Positions 10,012 through 20,042 are shown, counted from the first letter of the stretch. The stretch: 64,000 nt of DNA from Candidatus Nomurabacteria bacterium RIFCSPHIGHO2_02_FULL_42_19 (GCA_001785615.1 MFUG01000016.1:13752-77751), one strand, 5' to 3'. The notes: generated by a model from the letters alone, not told the origin. Numbers and translations are program-made.

Positions 10012-10209
10012 ATGGGAAAAGGAATGAAAACAAATAAATCGTATTCAAAAAGATTAAAAGTTACTAAAAACGGGAAGATTTTGTCGCGCAAGGCCGGCTT
10101 TAACCATTTCAATGCAAAACAATCCCGCACCAAACAGCTGGCTGGCCGTAAAGGTAGAAATTTTGTAATTAAAAACAAACCGTTGAGCCACCTATTACCA
10201 TTTAACTAA
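10012..10209 (+). CDS. rpmI: 50S ribosomal protein bL35
   Basis: MKTNKSYSKRLKVTKNGK; synteny. Confidence 0.93.
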   Translation: MGKGMKTNKSYSKRLKVTKNGKILSRKAGFNHFNAKQSRTKQLAGRKGRNFVIKNKPLSHLLPFN

Positions 10210-10210
10210 T

Positions 10211-10294
10211 CAGCTTTCTGGCTTATAGCTTTCTAGCTTCTTAGGAAAATTACCAGAAGCTAACAAGTTAAGTAGCTAATGGCTAACAAGCTAA
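10211..10294. repeat. ~7-nt-period AGCT repeats forming an imperfect hairpin
   Basis: AGCTTTC/GGCTTAT/AGCTTTC units mirrored by AGCTAAC/AGTTAAG/AGCTAAT units. Confidence 0.6.
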
Positions 10295-10297
10295 CCA

Positions 10298-10642
10298 ATG
10301 ACCAGAGTAAAAAAGGGAGTACACGCGTTAAAGCGAAGGAGAAGCATCTTAAAGCAAACCAAGGGATACCGGCATGGTCGCAAGAGTAAAGAGCGCCAGG
10401 CCAAGGAAGCAATCCTGCATGCCGGGGCCTACGCATACGAGCACCGCCGGGATAAAAAGTCCCACAATAGAAAACTTTGGAATATAAAAATCAATGCCGG
10501 AGCTCGCGAGTTCGGTACATCTTACTCCAAACTTATTGATAGCTTAAATAAAAAAAAGGTCTTACTGGATAGAAAAATCCTGGCCGACTTAGCGGAACAT
10601 CACGCAGATACCTTCGGAAGAGTTCTAAAACAGTTGCAATAG
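10298..10642 (+). CDS. rplT: 50S ribosomal protein bL20
   Basis: MTRVKKG, KGYRHGRK, RKLWNIKINA, LDRKILADLA. Confidence 0.97.
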   Translation: MTRVKKGVHALKRRRSILKQTKGYRHGRKSKERQAKEAILHAGAYAYEHRRDKKSHNRKLWNIKINAGAREFGTSYSKLIDSLNKKKVLLDRKILADLAEHHADTFGRVLKQLQ

Positions 10643-10643
10643 A

Positions 10644-11252
10644 TTAGGCCTTCGTTATTTTAAGTTCACCAGCTCTATATTTTTTAACCAGAGCTATCAC
10701 ATCCTCTACTAGCTTCTTAGGGTTGTCCCCTACGACAATTTTTTCGTGCGGACGATGGCTTTTAGCCACAATTTCTTCTAATTCACCACCCATCTCCCAG
10801 GGCCCCTCAAAAATACCGATGGGTTTTGATTCTTCAAAGGCAATAGTAAATTCGTGAACAGTACCAATACGCCCACAGCCGCAAATTACCGCATCCACAC
10901 AGCGGGTTAAGAGTAAGTCCCGTCCCGGGTAACCGAAGCCGGTATAAATAATCAAGTCCAGATAATCAATCGGAAGTTTGTAGACCTCTAGATGTTCCCG
11001 CTCGGAGGCCGCTGGAGAAAAACCGATGGATACTCCGTCCATTTCTTTTGCGCCCATCGCTACCCAAAGCGGGAAACCAGTCGTTGCTCCGGTTACCAGG
11101 ATCGCGCCCTGGCGGGCAATTTCGCGTCCAAGCTCTTTGGCTTTTTCCAGTGCATCGGGCCCACAGTGACCCGTTTCCGCCGCACCGGAAACACAGATTT
11201 TTATCCGGTTATGTCCGTGTTTGGTAAAAATATTAGGTGGTACTAAATCCAT
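10644..11252 (-). CDS. LOG/SLOG family nucleotide-binding protein
   Basis: LGREIA..GAILVTGA, TGFGYPGRD, GRIGTVHEF; start reassigned to MDLVPP after TATAAT. Confidence 0.8.
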   Translation of the reverse strand: MDLVPPNIFTKHGHNRIKICVSGAAETGHCGPDALEKAKELGREIARQGAILVTGATTGFPLWVAMGAKEMDGVSIGFSPAASEREHLEVYKLPIDYLDLIIYTGFGYPGRDLLLTRCVDAVICGCGRIGTVHEFTIAFEESKPIGIFEGPWEMGGELEEIVAKSHRPHEKIVVGDNPKKLVEDVIALVKKYRAGELKITKA

Positions 11253-11266
11253 GGCCTGATTATACC

Positions 11267-12643
11267 TTAACAATGGAGCATCACGCTATCCCCCGGCTCT
11301 GGCGCATACGCTTCCAGGCCCAAATTGTCCCGCAATTTCTGTACTAAAAACATGGAACTTTTTGGCTCCCCCATGACGACGAAGACCTTTTTCACAGAGT
11401 CCTGCATGTCGGAAACAAAATTAAGCAAGCCGTCAGAATCCTTGTGCCCTGAATACCCGGAAATGGTTACGATGTGCGCCCTTACTTGTACATATTCCCC
11501 GGAAATTTTTACCGTCTTTACCCCTTCCTGAATCAGGCGCCCTGGAGTGCCTACGGACTGATATCCGGTCAAAAGCAGGGTATTGTTCGGATCCGGCAGA
11601 TAATGTCTTTCGTGGTGCACTACGCGGCCACCAGCGGACATTCCCGAGCCCGCAATGACTATCTTGGGATTTGGAACATTTCCGATTAATTTGGACTCCT
11701 CGGAGTGTAGCGTAGAACGAAGCCCGGGGAAACTGAATAAATGCTTGTCGCTTGATAGGACTTCTTGCGTATGTGCATTAAAATAATTTTTATATTGTTT
11801 AAAAATTTCAGTCAGGCGAATAGCAAGCGGAGAATCAAGGAAGATAGGCATCACGGGGATGCGATGATTCTCCACTAGAGAGTTGAGTTCAAATAAAAGC
11901 TCTTGAGAACGTTCCAGTGAAAAAGTGGGTATGATCAACGTGCCTTTTCTTTTATAATTATCTTCAATGACTTCTTCCAGGAATTTTCTGCGGTCGTCCC
12001 TGGACTCATGGTTTCGGTCACCATATACGCTCTCCATAATTAAATAATCCACCTCAGTGATTTTTTCGGTGTCCGGCAGTAGTGGTGAAGGACTATTGCC
12101 CAAGTCCCCGGTAAAAAGAATCTTTTTGCCATTATAAACGAACATCACCATCGCCGAGCCCAGAATATGCCCGGCGTTTTTGAAAGAGACCTCTAAGTTA
12201 TCGGCTAGTTGTATTTTCTCATGATAATTAAACCCACTCCAGAGCGAGAGCGCGGTTTTTATATTGTCCGGTGTATAAATTTCATCCAATTTAAGCGCGG
12301 TGTTCTTAGACAATATGCCCATGGTGTCGTCCAGCATCGGCCCGGCGAGCATTTTGGTAGGCATAGTGGAATAAATTTTTCCGCAAAATCCTTCCTGGAT
12401 TAATTTCGGAATCCTGCCTATATGATCCACATGGGCGTGAGTGATAAAAAGAATATCTATCTCTTTCGGATCATAACCAAAAGGCGCCCAGTTCACATCG
12501 TCTATCCACTTGGTTCCTTGCGTCAAACCGCAATCAACCAGAATTTTTTTACCGTCGGCTTCCATTAAAAAATTCGCTCCGGTTACTGAATTTACCCCTC
12601 CGTAAAATGTTATTTTTGCTGTTTTTTCTCCCGTACTTTCCAT
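11267..12643 (-). CDS. MBL-fold beta-CASP ribonuclease
   Basis: THAHVDHIG, AGHILGSA, ESVYGDR, YSGHKD. Confidence 0.9.
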   Translation of the reverse strand: MESTGEKTAKITFYGGVNSVTGANFLMEADGKKILVDCGLTQGTKWIDDVNWAPFGYDPKEIDILFITHAHVDHIGRIPKLIQEGFCGKIYSTMPTKMLAGPMLDDTMGILSKNTALKLDEIYTPDNIKTALSLWSGFNYHEKIQLADNLEVSFKNAGHILGSAMVMFVYNGKKILFTGDLGNSPSPLLPDTEKITEVDYLIMESVYGDRNHESRDDRRKFLEEVIEDNYKRKGTLIIPTFSLERSQELLFELNSLVENHRIPVMPIFLDSPLAIRLTEIFKQYKNYFNAHTQEVLSSDKHLFSFPGLRSTLHSEESKLIGNVPNPKIVIAGSGMSAGGRVVHHERHYLPDPNNTLLLTGYQSVGTPGRLIQEGVKTVKISGEYVQVRAHIVTISGYSGHKDSDGLLNFVSDMQDSVKKVFVVMGEPKSSMFLVQKLRDNLGLEAYAPEPGDSVMLHC

Positions 12644-12653
12644 TGTTTATTAA

Positions 12654-13049
12654 TTATACAGTATTTTTTTCAATAGGCGTACTTTTTTTCATAGAGAAAT
12701 ATATGGCAGAGAATCCGCCAAGAAGGTCTAAGAAAATATCTGAGACGGTGTCAAAGGTATTAAAGGGACTACCGGTAAGATAATTCTGAGTATAAACTTC
12801 AAAAAATTCCCACAAAATTCCGACAATCAGCACCCACAGAATAACTTTAAGTACAGAGAGAGGAAGATTGTTTTTTCGTGAAAAAACATAAGTAAAAAAG
12901 AATCCTACCCAGGCCCCGCTTAGGAAATGCATAATGACGTCAAACCACCAGAAGGTAAAATAGAAATAGAACTCCTTTGCGGCTAGATCTACCAAAAAGA
13001 TGAAAAACATCAAAAATATTAGTGATTTTAGAATCCTCATTCTGTCCAT
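12654..13049 (-). CDS. VanZ-like membrane protein
   Basis: WFDVIMHFLSG, GILWEFFE, DTVSDIFLDLLGG; start reassigned to MDRMRI. Confidence 0.75.
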   Translation of the reverse strand: MDRMRILKSLIFLMFFIFLVDLAAKEFYFYFTFWWFDVIMHFLSGAWVGFFFTYVFSRKNNLPLSVLKVILWVLIVGILWEFFEVYTQNYLTGSPFNTFDTVSDIFLDLLGGFSAIYFSMKKSTPIEKNTV

Positions 13050-13085
13050 TGGGAGATTGTACCGTAAAATAAGTATTTTTCCTAA

Positions 13086-13253
13086 GAAAAAATCCGCCGG
13101 AAATAAATCACAGAGCGGAGCTCTTCTTAGGACTATTTTCAAAATATTACCATAGCTCATAGCTAGGTGGGTGCTAGACGCGTGAGACCAAGGTCAAACC
13201 CGATCGAAGCTCCCATAGATTAGTGTTCTAGGTAATAAATGAAAATAACCCTA
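13086..13253 (-). ncRNA. Candidate 6S-like rod-shaped ncRNA with its own promoter and terminator
   Basis: Long closing stem 13128-13141/13240-13253, central bubble, terminal stem; promoter TTGCGT-16-TATACT; terminator TCCGCT...GGCGGA-U6. Confidence 0.55.
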
Positions 13254-13321
13254 CTTTGAGTATACACGCTTCACGATTTCACGCAACAATATTTGTAAAA
13301 CACCACAGATTTAGGAGTATT

Positions 13322-13927
13322 TCAAATGTGATTTAGATTGTATCGTTTCATTTTCTCCTTAAAATCTAAAAAGGTGGTGTAGAGTTCCGCATTAATACCA
13401 AAATCTTTTGCCCCTTTTATGTTTTTCGGGTCATCATCAAAAAATAATATTTCTTCTTTTTTCATATTATTCAAATCTTTCATCATTTTTTCAAAAAATT
13501 CTTGGTTCGGCTTCTTATCCCCCAAATGAGCCGAAGAATACGTCTTGTCAAAACTATTTGCGAAACCTATTTTTTCGAGTATATATTGAAAACGATATTT
13601 TTCATTATTTGTCGCAAGATAACACAATATCCCCCCTCTTCTTAACTCCCCTACATATTTAACCAATTCTTCATCGGTAATGTGCTCGGCCTGGAACCAA
13701 AAATCTAAAAAGGCATCTACTCCCTTAGCCCAACCCCAAGCGGACAGATATGGGGAAATGGTTTCCTTTAAGTCGGCTTTACCGATCAGGCAATCCTGAA
13801 AAGGTCCATTGAAAAATGGAAGTGTTTTTTCCAAAGGAATTCCGTATTTTTCCGCAAGCAGAATACTAAATTTTCTTTTGCTGTGAATTAATACCCCGTC
13901 TGCGTCAAAAATAATTACCTTTATCAT
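13322..13927 (-). CDS. HAD-superfamily hydrolase
   Basis: IFDADGVL, ATN, KKP, FFDDDPKNI. Confidence 0.9.
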   Translation of the reverse strand: MIKVIIFDADGVLIHSKRKFSILLAEKYGIPLEKTLPFFNGPFQDCLIGKADLKETISPYLSAWGWAKGVDAFLDFWFQAEHITDEELVKYVGELRRGGILCYLATNNEKYRFQYILEKIGFANSFDKTYSSAHLGDKKPNQEFFEKMMKDLNNMKKEEILFFDDDPKNIKGAKDFGINAELYTTFLDFKEKMKRYNLNHI

Positions 13928-13930
13928 AAA

Positions 13931-14291
13931 TTATTTCATACCGAATTTCTCATATAACATAATATCGTACTTACCATCGATAATTCGGTCTTCTTTTTTC
14001 ACACCTAGCGTTTCCAGAAAATTAAAAAGTTCTTCTTGGGTCTTTTTTCTGTCTTCTTTATCTTCGCTTTTTACAATTTTTTCTGCCTCAATAAACTCGC
14101 CTAAATCTTTCACGCTATCTAAAACAATTTCTATCTTTCAATTCTATAGGTGGCGGAAAATCCACTCCTTCCGGAATGAAAATGTGGTCAACTTGATGTA
14201 ACTCTTCGGAGAATTTACAGCCGAAACTTTCTAATTTTTTTATTACTTCTTTCCTATTTCTTAACCGCGCCTTTACTTCGACTTCATACAT
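13931..14291 (-). pseudogene. CYTH-domain (class IV adenylate cyclase-like) gene with internal deletion and frameshift
   Basis: N-term MYEVEVKARL...QVDHIF joined out of frame to C-term EIVLDSVKDLGEFIEAE...YDIML; 361 nt. Confidence 0.7.
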
Positions 14292-14294
14292 AGA

Positions 14295-14879
14295 TTATTC
14301 GTCTACCCCGAACCGTTTGTAGTCGAAAGTTTTTGAATTACCGAACCAGTGCTTAATTTCATGTTCCGCCTCTTCTGCCGTTTCAGAACAATGGACAATG
14401 TTAGCAACTGCACGTTTCTCTTTATTGGCAAGCGCTGGAGAATCAATAGAAAAGTCACCTCGAATTGTACCCACCTCAGCTAAATATGGCATCGTAGGGC
14501 CGGCAATTTTGCGAACAACATCTACTGCATGTACGCCCTGTACCACCATTTTCACAAGCGGAGCGGACTTCATGTAATCAATTAGCCATTTTCGAATTTC
14601 CGGACCAATAACTACTGGATCAACAGTGCCGAAGTCAGACATTGCGTCATAGCCATATTTTTTATAAGTGGCCAAGGTCTTGTGTCCGAGCCGCGTAATC
14701 CATTCTTCCTTCTTAGGATAATGGTCATCTAGCTGTTTATGGTCTGGCTGGAACATTTCTAGCGCCACGATTTTCAAGTCCCGCTGTTCAAAACGTTTTA
14801 TAATCTCCCCAGTAAGTCCCTTACGCACTCCGTCCGGTTTGATCATCACATATGTCCTTTCTTCTTTTGGATGTTTCAT
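14295..14879 (-). CDS. ndk: Nucleoside diphosphate kinase
   Basis: ERTYVMIKPDG, GTIRGDF, NIVHCSE. Confidence 0.95.
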   Translation of the reverse strand: MKHPKEERTYVMIKPDGVRKGLTGEIIKRFEQRDLKIVALEMFQPDHKQLDDHYPKKEEWITRLGHKTLATYKKYGYDAMSDFGTVDPVVIGPEIRKWLIDYMKSAPLVKMVVQGVHAVDVVRKIAGPTMPYLAEVGTIRGDFSIDSPALANKEKRAVANIVHCSETAEEAEHEIKHWFGNSKTFDYKRFGVDE

Positions 14880-14880
14880 A

Positions 14881-15225
14881 TTATTTTAACCTTAAATTAC
14901 TTATTTTTTCTCTTATGTTTTGTTTTATCCTGCTTATTTCTTCTTGTAGATTTATATCTGCCATTCTTTTTACCTCTTCCCTGGTCTCATTACTAACACC
15001 TTGTTCCCTTGACCCCGCAATTCCTCTTTCGTGCTTAGTAAGTGCAAGTTTTAAATCACGATTTGCCTCTTGAATAATTATAGAAAATCTTAATTTCAGA
15101 TCATCCTTCGCTTCAACAAGAAGATCATTCCAAAGTACTAAGATCTCTTTGGTTGTCTTTGTTTCTGGCGTCTCCCCTCCTTCAAGTGGCTTAGGCACAC
15201 CACCTAATGTATCTTCCTGTCCCAT
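14881..15225 (-). CDS. Hypothetical coiled-coil protein
   Basis: 114-aa ORF abutting ndk. Confidence 0.6.
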   Translation of the reverse strand: MGQEDTLGGVPKPLEGGETPETKTTKEILVLWNDLLVEAKDDLKLRFSIIIQEANRDLKLALTKHERGIAGSREQGVSNETREEVKRMADINLQEEISRIKQNIREKISNLRLK

Positions 15226-15262
15226 GCCCCTATCCTAGCAGAAAAAATTAATTTTGCAAAAT

Positions 15263-15769
15263 TTAAAGCACTCGAAATTCTGCACTTATAGGTAATAACT
15301 TTCTCTCATTCTTTAAATGCCATAAAATTCTTTTTACGTTATGTTCTGGAACTAAACTACCCATTTCTTCTAATCCTAAATAGAGTTTTACAATAGGAAC
15401 TTTAAAACCTGGAACTGAAACATAAACAAATCCTTTGACTATTCTTCTTTCTAAATTCCTAAGCTCTAGGAAGCTTGGCGCGTGATCAGGCGCTATTTCT
15501 GTAGTTATGTCGGAAGCTAAGTCAAGATCAATGTTGTCATGACGACTGCTTTGTGGGGATTTTAAAGTTTTTGGATCAATTGCATATCCATTGAGTAAAT
15601 TTCCTCTAGAAAAAAGTCCACGACCTTCTTTGCTTTTTCGTTCTACCTCTGTCAAAAGATTATCTAGTTCCTGCGGAGTAAAGGCTTGAAGTTTTCTTAA
15701 CTCTATTTCATATTCTCTTTCTGGTTTCTTAGGAGCTTCTACCTTAAAGATACCTCTCCCCTTCGTCAT
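15263..15769 (-). CDS. Hypothetical protein
   Basis: 168-aa ORF in operon orientation. Confidence 0.6.
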   Translation of the reverse strand: MTKGRGIFKVEAPKKPEREYEIELRKLQAFTPQELDNLLTEVERKSKEGRGLFSRGNLLNGYAIDPKTLKSPQSSRHDNIDLDLASDITTEIAPDHAPSFLELRNLERRIVKGFVYVSVPGFKVPIVKLYLGLEEMGSLVPEHNVKRILWHLKNERKLLPISAEFRVL

Positions 15770-15789
15770 ATCTTCTGGAACGTCACATT

Positions 15790-18555
15790 CTACTGCATCG
15801 TTTCAAACCTCCCCATAATTTCGGCTTCTACTTCAGCGCGGTCGCGGCCGTATCTTACATAAGAAAGTTCTTTCAGGCCATCCACAATCTCCGGGTTTCC
15901 TTTTTCTGGCGGTAAAGTACGTAAATTAAATGGCTTAACCGGCTGGCCATTAACCAGCATGCTCATATAGGCATTATGGTTGTCCAGCTTGGTTATATCT
16001 TGCGCATTAAATATCGGCTTGAACTTTTGTTCTAAAAAATTCGCATCTTCGGTGCCCACGCGGAACACCGCCATAGAGCCCACGTTGCCGAAGACCGCAT
16101 TTTTAATATTTTCTTCGAGCTGGGTGATATATTGGTGCGCAATGTTAAGCGATAAACGATATTTTCTGGCTTCCGATAAAATGGAAGTAATGGAATCCGT
16201 AGTCACGTTCTGAAATTCGTCAATGTAGAGATAAAAATCATTCATGGCCTTACCAAACATGTCCACTCGTGAAAGTGCCGCCATCTGGATCTTGCCTACT
16301 AGCACAAGTCCTATTAGATTTGCATTTATGTCACCCAGGCGGCCCTTGGAAAGGTTGACCAGAAGAATTTTCTTCTCATCCATAATTTTGCGGAAATTAA
16401 AAACGGAATTCTGTTGCAAGACCACCGGACGCATGATGTCGTTGGAAATAAAATTATCAAATTTTGAAGAAATATATGGTACGAAATTCGCCAGCGATTG
16501 ATCCCCGGTGGTCTGCTCGGCGGAAACCCAGAATTGTTTAATGATGGGGTTCTTGCAACGCTCTAGTTTCATATCGCGGAATTCTTTATCCGCCAAGACG
16601 CGAGTAATTTCGAGCAATGTAGAACCGGACTCTGGATCTTCCATCACCAGAAAGGCGCTGTTGCGGAAATACTGCTCAAACATCGCTCCCCCGCCTATTT
16701 TCATATCAAAAAGTTTATTAAAAATCCCCATCAGTTCATTGACCACGAAGGTCTTCTGCTCCGGATACTTGGTATCGTATTCAAGCATATTTAACCCCAT
16801 TGGACGAGGAGTATAAGCCGGATCAAAATAAATCACATCATCAATACGCTCCTTGGGAATGCGTGAGAGGATCGTCTGAATGTCGGTACCGTGCGGGTCT
16901 ATAAAGCAACAACCGTCGCCATTTCGAATGTCCTGCGTTATCATGTTGAGTAGAATATTTGTTTTACCGGTTCCGGTCTGACCAATAGTGTAGAAATGCC
17001 TCATACGGTCTTCCCGCGCCATGTGAATTTCAGTATCTCGGCCTCGGTAGCTATTTATCCCAAGCAGAACTCCCTCCGTTCCCATTTCAAGCGGTGCGGG
17101 CGCAATGCCAGACTTCGCTTCTTTGAGTTGTGGCTGACTGCCGATACCTACCGGAAAATGAAACACAGAAGCCAGTTCTTTTAGGTTAAGCGGTATAATT
17201 TTATCTCCCGAAAAAGTACGATAAGAGAAATCGTGAAAAAGTTTTTTCAAATTACCCCCCGAGAGATGTTCAAAAACGAAAGAATTACTGGCCGCTTCGG
17301 AAAACTGGTGAAAGGATGACTCTATTTCTTTTAAGATTGCTTCCGCGCGTTCCCGAGTAGCGCCGGAGGCAATAACCCGGATGTTGGCTTTCATAATGGT
17401 GCTTTTTATTTTGTTTCCTATTTTCTCAACCGCCCCTTCATCCACTGCCCGTCTGCCTTTCATGTATTTTTCTTTTTTTTCTTCCGGCTCCTTTTTAACT
17501 CCAAATAAAAGATCTTTGCCCACTTTCAAAAATGCTTGATTGAATTTATAAAAATTATCCGCCGCATGCTTGACCGATGTTCCGTCTTTTACGTCGTCTA
17601 GTATTTTGTGAAATTCGTTTATAAATTTATCGCCAGCCGGAGCAACCACCAGCTGAATAGCGGCCCCTTCGCCTTCGGTCTTAAGTTTAGAAAACACATT
17701 CAGAATGGTATTCATGGGGTCATGCTCTATGTTGTCATAGGTCTTGATAGGCATCACCGGACGCTCCGAGAATCTGGCATAAGCGCCAGCGGACCCACCT
17801 TCTTTATTGAAAACGTTATAGTCCTCTTTGGTTTCGTGCACTTTGGCGTTGTGGTAAAAAGCCAGGACCTGTTTCTCAAAAAGCGATAAGTGGGCATTTG
17901 GCACTGCTGCATAGACCACCACTTCATCGCTTTGGCTGGACAGTGCCACTTCTAAAGTAAAATAGTTTTCCTTTTCATTGTTCCTGCCGATAGAGATAGA
18001 ATGCATCCCTGCGTAAAATTGTTCCATGGCGCCGATAAATTCTTTGAATCCTTTTGATTTGTCGGCTTCGTCCGTGGGCGGCGGTAGAGTTATTTCAAAA
18101 AGCGTCATCTGGAGGGACTTATACATGGGGGTACCCTCCTTGAAATCAAGATTGACCTTCCCGGTTTTCAGATACTGAATTAAGACGCGATGAAAATCGT
18201 CATCCAGGTGTGGGTTGCTCATGGCCTCTACCACCGAGAGCGCATTTCTAATACCTTTGGTAATAACAATGCCCAAAAGTTCCTCCATCACAGTATCGTG
18301 CGGTTCTGGTTTTAGTTTTAGAATAATCCCTTGTTCATCTCTTTGGCTTATTAGATTGTCTTTGTGTAAGGCCTGCCCCTTTGGCACATTTTCATATTCC
18401 AAAATTACATCGTGCGCGGCGGTATCTTTTGTATTTTCAAAGTGTCCTTTAGCAATTAGCTCTTGTTCTCGTTTGGTAACATGCGCACGCAAATAGTTAA
18501 GCTCTTCTTCGGGGCTCTTAAACTTCGGCATCTCTTTGAAAAAAGATGGTTCCAT
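15790..18555 (-). CDS. HerA/TraG-TrwB-like (DUF87) P-loop ATPase
   Basis: RMRHFYTIGQTGTGKT, IDPHG, LYIDEFQN, ILSEARKYRL, AHQY. Confidence 0.88.
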   Translation of the reverse strand: MEPSFFKEMPKFKSPEEELNYLRAHVTKREQELIAKGHFENTKDTAAHDVILEYENVPKGQALHKDNLISQRDEQGIILKLKPEPHDTVMEELLGIVITKGIRNALSVVEAMSNPHLDDDFHRVLIQYLKTGKVNLDFKEGTPMYKSLQMTLFEITLPPPTDEADKSKGFKEFIGAMEQFYAGMHSISIGRNNEKENYFTLEVALSSQSDEVVVYAAVPNAHLSLFEKQVLAFYHNAKVHETKEDYNVFNKEGGSAGAYARFSERPVMPIKTYDNIEHDPMNTILNVFSKLKTEGEGAAIQLVVAPAGDKFINEFHKILDDVKDGTSVKHAADNFYKFNQAFLKVGKDLLFGVKKEPEEKKEKYMKGRRAVDEGAVEKIGNKIKSTIMKANIRVIASGATRERAEAILKEIESSFHQFSEAASNSFVFEHLSGGNLKKLFHDFSYRTFSGDKIIPLNLKELASVFHFPVGIGSQPQLKEAKSGIAPAPLEMGTEGVLLGINSYRGRDTEIHMAREDRMRHFYTIGQTGTGKTNILLNMITQDIRNGDGCCFIDPHGTDIQTILSRIPKERIDDVIYFDPAYTPRPMGLNMLEYDTKYPEQKTFVVNELMGIFNKLFDMKIGGGAMFEQYFRNSAFLVMEDPESGSTLLEITRVLADKEFRDMKLERCKNPIIKQFWVSAEQTTGDQSLANFVPYISSKFDNFISNDIMRPVVLQQNSVFNFRKIMDEKKILLVNLSKGRLGDINANLIGLVLVGKIQMAALSRVDMFGKAMNDFYLYIDEFQNVTTDSITSILSEARKYRLSLNIAHQYITQLEENIKNAVFGNVGSMAVFRVGTEDANFLEQKFKPIFNAQDITKLDNHNAYMSMLVNGQPVKPFNLRTLPPEKGNPEIVDGLKELSYVRYGRDRAEVEAEIMGRFETMQ

Positions 18556-18575
18556 TAAACTAATTATACAACAAA

Positions 18576-19343
18576 CTAGGGTTTAGTTAAAATTTCTGGC
18601 TCGTTGTCGGTGATGAGAATCGTATGTTCAAAGTGCGCGCTCTTTTTTCCATCCGCCGTGCGAAAAGTGTAGCCATCGGGGTCTAGGGTCACATTTTTTG
18701 TGCCCTGGTTTAACATCGGCTCCAGCGCTATGACCATGCCCGGCACCAGTTTTATTCCTTTTCCTTTCTTCCCGAAATTCGGAACGTATGGATCTTCGTG
18801 AATGGCTTTACCCACGCCGTGTCCCGCCAAGACCTCTACAATGCCGTATTTATGAGTCCGCACAAAGCTCTCAATGGCATGCCCAATGTCGCCGGTGCTG
18901 TTCCCCGCAACGGCGTTGCTGATGCCTACGTTTAGGGCTTGTTCGGTAATTTCTAAAAGCTTAGCTGAAGCAGGGCTAACCTCGCCCACTGGTACAGTCA
19001 GGGCCATATCGGTAAATAGTTCTTTATGCTGAAGGCCTAGGTCAATTGAAACAACGTCACCTGCTTTTAGAATTTTTTTTGTACTTGGGATGCCATGCAC
19101 CACTTCATCATTCACGGAAACACACAGAGAGGCCGGGAAGAGCGCCTTTGTCCCTGCTGGCCGATAGTTCAAAAAGGCCGGGGTATCCCCCATTTCTTTA
19201 ATTAGCGTAAAGGCGTAGTCATCCAGGTCCTTGGTAGAGAGCCCAGGGGCCACTTTGTCTTTCACTTTGCGGAGTATGGTCGCTAAACGCTTTCCTCCTT
19301 CGCGCAGGATTTCTATTTCTTGTGGTGTTTTAATTATAATCAT
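18576..19343 (-). CDS. map: Methionine aminopeptidase type I
   Basis: CVSVNDEVVHGIP, GHGVG, SAHFEHTI. Confidence 0.97.
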   Translation of the reverse strand: MIIIKTPQEIEILREGGKRLATILRKVKDKVAPGLSTKDLDDYAFTLIKEMGDTPAFLNYRPAGTKALFPASLCVSVNDEVVHGIPSTKKILKAGDVVSIDLGLQHKELFTDMALTVPVGEVSPASAKLLEITEQALNVGISNAVAGNSTGDIGHAIESFVRTHKYGIVEVLAGHGVGKAIHEDPYVPNFGKKGKGIKLVPGMVIALEPMLNQGTKNVTLDPDGYTFRTADGKKSAHFEHTILITDNEPEILTKP

Positions 19344-19357
19344 CTTATTTTATCTTG

Positions 19358-20041
19358 CTATGAAATAAGTGTCCCGGCAAATTTTTCTCCGTTTAGATAT
19401 TTTGCCAAGTTATCAATCGGCTTGCCGTTCATGATTACAACTTCCATACCCCCTTTCTCAGCTGTTTCGGAAGCCGTAGGGTCAAATGGAGAATTTAATC
19501 CCGAAGTCCACTCTTTTGGAATTATTTTTCGGTAGTCCGCCCAAGAAATTTTTTCAATCTTCTTTGCAGAAGGATTTGTTTTTGGGTCAGCATCATATAC
19601 GTAATCAATATTTGAAAGATTGATAATCTTTTTCGCGCCAACCGTCTTTGCCGCCAAAACGGAATCCCAATCAGTACTGTGTCCGGGTTCATAAGCAGAA
19701 CCGATTATTATTGGCTTATCGAAAGACAATTTAAGAGATAAGTTGGAAATGACTTTCCGGTTTGCGGTTTCTCCGAAAATAACACGCAGTAATTCAGCAT
19801 TTAACTTCAAAGAAGCGATGCCTATCCAGTCCAGATCTTCGCTCGTAGGAGTGGAAAGTTCCCTGGCTACTTCTTGATATTTTCTGCAGATTTTCCCCCC
19901 GCCCGTTATAATCAAGAACTTTTTTCCTTTCTCAACATGTGAAAGAATTAATTTCTTAAAATTTTTTAGAAAATCCGTATCTATGCTCTCCGGTATAATC
20001 AGCGACCCGCCCAATGAAATTACTATTATTTCTTCTTTCAT
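19358..20041 (-). CDS. pyrH: UMP kinase, archaeal-like type
   Basis: VISLGGS, TGGGKICRKYQ, DWIGI, PGHSTD, PFDP. Confidence 0.88.
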   Translation of the reverse strand: MKEEIIVISLGGSLIIPESIDTDFLKNFKKLILSHVEKGKKFLIITGGGKICRKYQEVARELSTPTSEDLDWIGIASLKLNAELLRVIFGETANRKVISNLSLKLSFDKPIIIGSAYEPGHSTDWDSVLAAKTVGAKKIINLSNIDYVYDADPKTNPSAKKIEKISWADYRKIIPKEWTSGLNSPFDPTASETAEKGGMEVVIMNGKPIDNLAKYLNGEKFAGTLIS

Positions 20042-20042
20042 A

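Noticed and set aside
13050-13160. N-terminal extensions given by the ORF track (also adk, rpmC, rpsL, murB, 11273, 48578, 56598)
   Set aside because: They overlap neighbouring genes or RNAs; downstream ATGs match family starts or -10 boxes
13086-13253. SRP (4.5S) RNA or riboswitch
   Set aside because: No SRP helix-8 GNRA/CAGG..AGCA motif; it has its own terminator and the downstream gene has a separate -10
15790-18555. Conjugative element
   Set aside because: No relaxase, VirB4/MPF genes or oriT context
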